Part shown: positions 60,020-64,000 of the stretch, in pieces
Position numbering within the stretch: position 1 is the stretch's first letter
Layout: the number at the start of each line of letters is the position of its first letter
Source of the DNA: Parcubacteria group bacterium
GTDB lineage: Bacteria > Patescibacteriota > Patescibacteriia > UBA2169
Assembly: GCA_016181765.1 (NCBI GenBank)
Contig: JACOYR010000004.1
Coordinates: 35,320-99,319 of the forward strand
DNA length: 64,000 bases
Direction: 5' to 3'
The notes under the pieces: generated by a model
What the model was told of the DNA's origin: nothing
Databases searched by the model: none
Seen by the model: the letters and a program-made list of their open reading frames with translations, nothing else
Made by a program: the position numbers and the translations under genes

Positions 60020-61714
60020 TTAGGCGCCCCAGAGCCACCTCTGCTTGGAGAGCCATCTGCTGCGGCCCGCGAATTCAATAAACACGCGCGTGATGATGAT
60101 GGCGCTGAACATGGAAACCAGGACCCCGATGCCGAGCGTAATGGCAAAGCCCTTTACCACGCTGGAACCGAACCACGCGAGGATCAGGCACGTGATGAGC
60201 GTTGATGCGTTTGAGTCGCGGATGGAATTCCACGCGCGGTCAAAGGCAACCCCAACCGCGTGCCCGAACGCATTGCCCAGGCGCAGCTCTTCCCGGAGCC
60301 GCTCAAAAATCAAAACATTCGCGTCCACGGCCATGCCGATGGAGAGCAAGAACCCGGCAATGCCGGCCAAGGTCAGGGTGACGGGAATGAGCTTGAAAAA
60401 CGAAAACACGATTGCCGCGTACCACACGAGCGCGAGAACGGCGAGCAAGCCCGCGGCCCGATAGATGCCGAGCATGAGGAGCCCTACGAGCGCGAATCCG
60501 ATTAAGCCCGCGGTAATGCTCTTTGCAACCGAGGCAGTGCCAAGCGTGGGGCCCACGGTCTGCTGGGAAATGAGGTTAATGGGCACGGGCAATGCCCCGG
60601 CGTTCAAGCGTTCCACGAGCTCGCGCGCCTCGGGAATAGTGAAATTTCCGGTGATGACCGCCTGGCCGCCCGGGATCCGGTTCTGCACCACGGGCGCGGA
60701 AATCAAACCTCCGTCAAGAAAAATGCCAATGCGCTTTCCCACGTTTTTGTCCGTGAGCTCTTCAAACAGCCTGGCTCCCTCATCATCAAACTGCAAGCCG
60801 ACCTGGCTGGCCCCGGAGTAGCTGTCAAACTGCACTTCACTGCGATTGAGCTGCTTGCCGCCGAGCTCGGTTTGGGCCCAGGGCTGGTAGTCCGGCACGT
60901 CCCCTTCCAGGCTCTGGGTGCGGAACAGGATGTGCCGTGCGCGCACCTCTTCCGCTTCAAAACCCGTATCATCCGTAACCACGCGCGATTCCAGGCGCTG
61001 GATGATGTGGTACCCGAACTCGGTTTCAACGGGCTCAAGCGTGGTTTCGCCTTCCCCGACAAGCTCGCCATAGAGCACGTCCCCGAAGGGCTTCACTAAA
61101 AGTTCACGCCGCATGAAACCCAAATCCCCGCCCGCTTGCGCGCTGCCCGGGTCCTCGGAGAGTTCAGTCGCAAGCTCCGCAAAGTTCTGGCCTTGCGCAT
61201 CTATGATTTTCTGGATGGTTTCTTCGGCTTTCTTGAACTGGGAAGCGTTGAACTGCTCGCGCTTTGCCCGTTCTTCCGCGCTTACGGGCACTGGTTCCGG
61301 AGCAATGGCTTCGGTCTTAAATTCCAAGAGCGGGGTTGCGCCGATCTGGCGAATGGCTTCGTTGACATCAAACACGCCGGCAAGCTCCACAATGATGCGC
61401 AGGTGCTCACCAACTTTCGCGGTCTGCACCACGGGCTCGGAAACGCCCAGGGCATTGACTCTCGCCTCTATGACGTCGCGCACTCCGGAAATCGCGGTCT
61501 CGGCGTCATCCAGCCCAACCTGGGACGTGTCAGCCTCATAGACGAGATGCGCGCCTCCCTGCAAATCAAGCCCCAGGTGGGTCCTGAACCGCTCAAACCA
61601 GTACTTTGCCGGCCATTTCGCGGGGAGCGTGTCAAGAAAAATAGACCCGGAAATAAATCCAAGGACTATGATGAGCGCGAATAGTATCCAAACTTGTTGC
61701 CGGGTGCTAGCCAT
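60020..61714 (-). CDS. secD: protein translocase subunit SecD
   Basis: 564 aa. N-terminal TM, large periplasmic domain (LGLDLQGG), C-terminal six TM helices. Directly upstream of secF. Confidence 0.85.
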   Translation of the reverse strand: MASTRQQVWILFALIIVLGFISGSIFLDTLPAKWPAKYWFERFRTHLGLDLQGGAHLVYEADTSQVGLDDAETAISGVRDVIEARVNALGVSEPVVQTAKVGEHLRIIVELAGVFDVNEAIRQIGATPLLEFKTEAIAPEPVPVSAEERAKREQFNASQFKKAEETIQKIIDAQGQNFAELATELSEDPGSAQAGGDLGFMRRELLVKPFGDVLYGELVGEGETTLEPVETEFGYHIIQRLESRVVTDDTGFEAEEVRARHILFRTQSLEGDVPDYQPWAQTELGGKQLNRSEVQFDSYSGASQVGLQFDDEGARLFEELTDKNVGKRIGIFLDGGLISAPVVQNRIPGGQAVITGNFTIPEARELVERLNAGALPVPINLISQQTVGPTLGTASVAKSITAGLIGFALVGLLMLGIYRAAGLLAVLALVWYAAIVFSFFKLIPVTLTLAGIAGFLLSIGMAVDANVLIFERLREELRLGNAFGHAVGVAFDRAWNSIRDSNASTLITCLILAWFGSSVVKGFAITLGIGVLVSMFSAIIITRVFIEFAGRSRWLSKQRWLWGA

Positions 61715-61940
61715 GATGCTGTTTCATCTCAAAATCTTCCAAAACATCCCCTTCAGAGAGCCCTTTCCCTTTGAGCGCCTCGCGTACGGTTCGCGCGCCC
61801 GCGAGGAATGTATCCTTTTTCAACAACAAAATTCGGTGCTTAAGGGCATCCTCAACAAACGACTTCTCGCTCGCATAGCCATGCGCTTTTGCAGCGGAAG
61901 AAACCTCTTTTTCCAATGTTTCTGATAAAGTAACAACCAT
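61707..61940 (-). CDS. ribbon-helix-helix (CopG/Arc-like) small protein, possible antitoxin/regulator
   Basis: 77 aa. Predicted beta-strand VVTLS followed by two helices (ETLEKEVSSAAKAHG / SEKSFVEDALKHRI). Overlaps the secD start by 8 nt. Confidence 0.4.
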   Translation of the reverse strand: MVVTLSETLEKEVSSAAKAHGYASEKSFVEDALKHRILLLKKDTFLAGARTVREALKGKGLSEGDVLEDFEMKQHHG

Positions 61941-61954
61941 ATGAGCTTATAGTA

Positions 61955-62182
61955 TCATAATATGCACTTACCGGCAATGTACTCAAATCTTTTTACGTTG
62001 CGGCCGTCCACTTCCACTTCTCCCATAAACATCGCCAAAGGCCGCACCCATAAACGGGACGCTGTATTGTTATAAAGCGCTTCATACACCACAAGGTCTT
62101 CCAGGGTTTCGCTGTGCTTTGCCGGCCCGATAACCCGATACTCGCCGCCCTTGTAGTGCCTGTATATTCCTAATGCAAGCAT
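61955..62182 (-). CDS. DUF1653-family small protein
   Basis: About 75 aa from MLALGIYRHYKGGEYRVIG..YEALY..W.RP..F...VEVDG, the DUF1653 hallmark (YRHYKGGEY). Confidence 0.6.
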   Translation of the reverse strand: MLALGIYRHYKGGEYRVIGPAKHSETLEDLVVYEALYNNTASRLWVRPLAMFMGEVEVDGRNVKRFEYIAGKCIL

Positions 62183-62183
62183 G

Positions 62184-62792
62184 TTATTTCCTTCCGATAA
62201 TCTGCAGCCAAGTGGTTTTATGCATTGGCGTGGCAGATTCAAATACTGCTTCCATACCAAGTTCTTTTAGATAGCCGCGCAATTCTTCCTTGGTAAAATA
62301 ACTGAAAAACCGTTCGTATTGGTATCCATAACCCTCCTCAACCACAACCTGTTCCTCGTCCTGCCCCTCCCACTTCTCTTTGACTGCAATGTAGAGATGT
62401 CCGCCTTTTTTCAATCGGCTGGCCAGGCCTTTCAGTACGGCAATGACTTCTTTTTTTGGAATGTGCAGAAGTGAAGCTTGGCTAAAAATTCCATCAAACT
62501 CCCGCTCAAGCGTTCCGGCATCTTTCATGTCTATCACTAAAAACTCAACACCCGGAACGTCCCGCTTGGCGATTTCAATCAGCTTATCGGAAAAATCAAT
62601 GCCTAAAACACACAGTCCTTTTTCCGAAAGATATTTTGATTTAACACCCGCGCCGCAACCCACGTCCAGCACAGAACCGCCTTTCGGCAAAAACGAAACA
62701 AACGCATCTGTTCCCTCAACCCACCATGAATCACTCTTATGATCTTTATACCAATCTTCCGCGATTCGATTGTAGGTGTCTTTAAGATTCAT
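62184..62792 (-). CDS. class I SAM-dependent methyltransferase
   Basis: 202 aa with motif I VLDVGCGAGVKSKYL and a post-I acidic residue. Rossmann-fold MTase. Confidence 0.8.
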   Translation of the reverse strand: MNLKDTYNRIAEDWYKDHKSDSWWVEGTDAFVSFLPKGGSVLDVGCGAGVKSKYLSEKGLCVLGIDFSDKLIEIAKRDVPGVEFLVIDMKDAGTLEREFDGIFSQASLLHIPKKEVIAVLKGLASRLKKGGHLYIAVKEKWEGQDEEQVVVEEGYGYQYERFFSYFTKEELRGYLKELGMEAVFESATPMHKTTWLQIIGRK

Positions 62793-63213
62793 GCGAGCCG
62801 CCTATCTTTGTTAAAAATTCAGTCGGCGCAACAATGGGAATGCCATCAAATGACCCCAACTCCAGGAGGTGGCGGTCTCCGGAAACGATAAAGGAAGCCC
62901 GGGCCGCAAGCGCGCAGGATAAGAACTTGTCGTCTTTTGGATCCTCGGCAACCACATCAATCGGAAACCGCTCTCCCGGAACGTACTCTGCTACCTCCCA
63001 AAACTCCTCTACCAAAGCCTGCGGCGTTTTTCCGATTGACGCAAATACGCGCGTGAACTTTGGCCGGTTGAGCACGTCCAGCAGCTCATCCATTGTATCC
63101 CGCGACACGCACAGGGTAATGACTCCTGACCGCGCAAACTCAAAAATGTCGCTCGTGCTCCCGCGCCACAGCAACGCTGATACCAAAACGTTCGTGTCCA
63201 GCACTACGCGCAT
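62782..63213 (-). CDS. PIN-domain nuclease (VapC-like toxin)
   Basis: 143 aa. MRVVLDTNVLVSAL plus downstream acidic residues (D..E..D) with PIN spacing. Confidence 0.75.
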   Translation of the reverse strand: MRVVLDTNVLVSALLWRGSTSDIFEFARSGVITLCVSRDTMDELLDVLNRPKFTRVFASIGKTPQALVEEFWEVAEYVPGERFPIDVVAEDPKDDKFLSCALAARASFIVSGDRHLLELGSFDGIPIVAPTEFLTKIGGSHES

Positions 63214-63221
63214 ACCAACTG

Positions 63222-63467
63222 CTATGGCCGCCCGGAACGAACCTCACGAACCGTGTCATCAATATCTTTTGCCGTAATGCCCCTCCCCGCGGACTTAAGC
63301 TTTTTCCAGGTCTTCCAAAATTCCGGCTCCGGCTCCGGCACCCGCTTGAGCGTAATCATGTCTTCCGATGAAATCATAAGCACGTCAGCGCCTTCCCAGG
63401 ACTTTTGCAGATCCTTGGGCAAAAAATCCACTTTGTCCTTATCAAGTTTTACCGTCTGCGTGGTCAT
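63222..63467 (-). CDS. AbrB/MazE-like (SpoVT-AbrB fold) antitoxin partner of the PIN toxin
   Basis: About 81 aa from MTTQTVKLDKDKVDFLPKDLQKSWEGADVLMISSEDMITLKRV, the swapped-hairpin pattern. Lies 8 nt upstream of the PIN gene. Confidence 0.55.
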   Translation of the reverse strand: MTTQTVKLDKDKVDFLPKDLQKSWEGADVLMISSEDMITLKRVPEPEPEFWKTWKKLKSAGRGITAKDIDDTVREVRSGRP

Positions 63468-63520
63468 AGTATCTGTATGATACCAATTGTTAGGGGTGGT
63501 GTCCAGCGTGCGCAAGCATA

Positions 63521-64000
<480 letters not shown>

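Overview
This 64 kb window is a bacterial chromosomal segment, almost entirely gene-dense. Gene content (DUF4012-like protein, many small glycosyltransferases, type IV pilus genes, minimal dcw and ribosomal clusters) is compatible with a CPR/Patescibacteria-like or other small-genome lineage, but I cannot confirm taxonomy. By eye most of it is about 55-60% GC. It contains five blocks.

(1) 1-15.4 kb, minus strand: housekeeping genes (BNR-repeat lipoprotein, holB, mreB) followed by a cell-surface polysaccharide cluster. The cluster has a DUF4012-like protein, five GT2 glycosyltransferases, one GT4, an O-antigen-ligase/Wzy-like polymerase and a Wzx-like flippase. A HicA/HicB toxin-antitoxin pair is translationally coupled into it. 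Also embedded are a visibly GC-rich two-gene cassette (an unknown 230 aa protein plus a small DnaJ-type zinc-finger protein) and a run of tandem mini-ORFs each with its own Shine-Dalgarno (SD) sequence.

(2) 15.4-27.9 kb, minus strand: rpsI-rplM, then rplQ-rpoA-rpsD-rpsK-rpsM-rpmJ-infA with a recognisable sigma70-like promoter. Next come an EamA transporter, a CDP-alcohol phosphatidyltransferase, the dcw block murC-murG-ftsW-murD-mraY, a small membrane protein and a SET-domain protein.

(3) 27.9-37.3 kb: a clearly AT-rich island of lineage-restricted genes. It carries a Bro-N/KilA-N-like protein, an HsdS C-terminal remnant, a secreted protein with Cys-rich repeats, two membrane proteins, a thermonuclease with an Excalibur domain plus a stand-alone Excalibur lipoprotein, a PD-(D/E)xK nuclease-like protein and a ToxR-like membrane-anchored wHTH regulator.

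(4) 37.6-46.8 kb, plus strand: a complete type IV pilus/T2SS-like operon (pilB, pilC, three prepilins, a PilX-like protein, pilM, pilN, pilO) followed by corA.

(5) 47-58.7 kb: a GC-rich locus with two divergent operons sharing one promoter region. On the minus strand are a 592 aa coiled-coil protein, then a vWA-domain membrane lipoprotein translationally coupled to a 1049 aa protein whose N-terminus carries FtsZ/tubulin-like GTPase motifs. On the plus strand are five genes ending in a polytopic membrane protein with a degenerate M23/LytM domain. This is the best candidate in the window for an undescribed system.

The window ends with secF, secD, an RHH protein, a DUF1653 protein, a methyltransferase, a PIN/AbrB toxin-antitoxin pair and the 3' end of secA.

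Two families of short repeated elements recur and are repeatedly found fused in-frame into coding sequences or straddling start and stop codons: a GC hairpin (CCACCCCCT..CCCCCTCCT-loop-AGGAGGGGGAA) and a roughly 38 nt TGTCATTGCGAG..GAAGCAATC element. I saw no rRNA, tRNA or CRISPR arrays.
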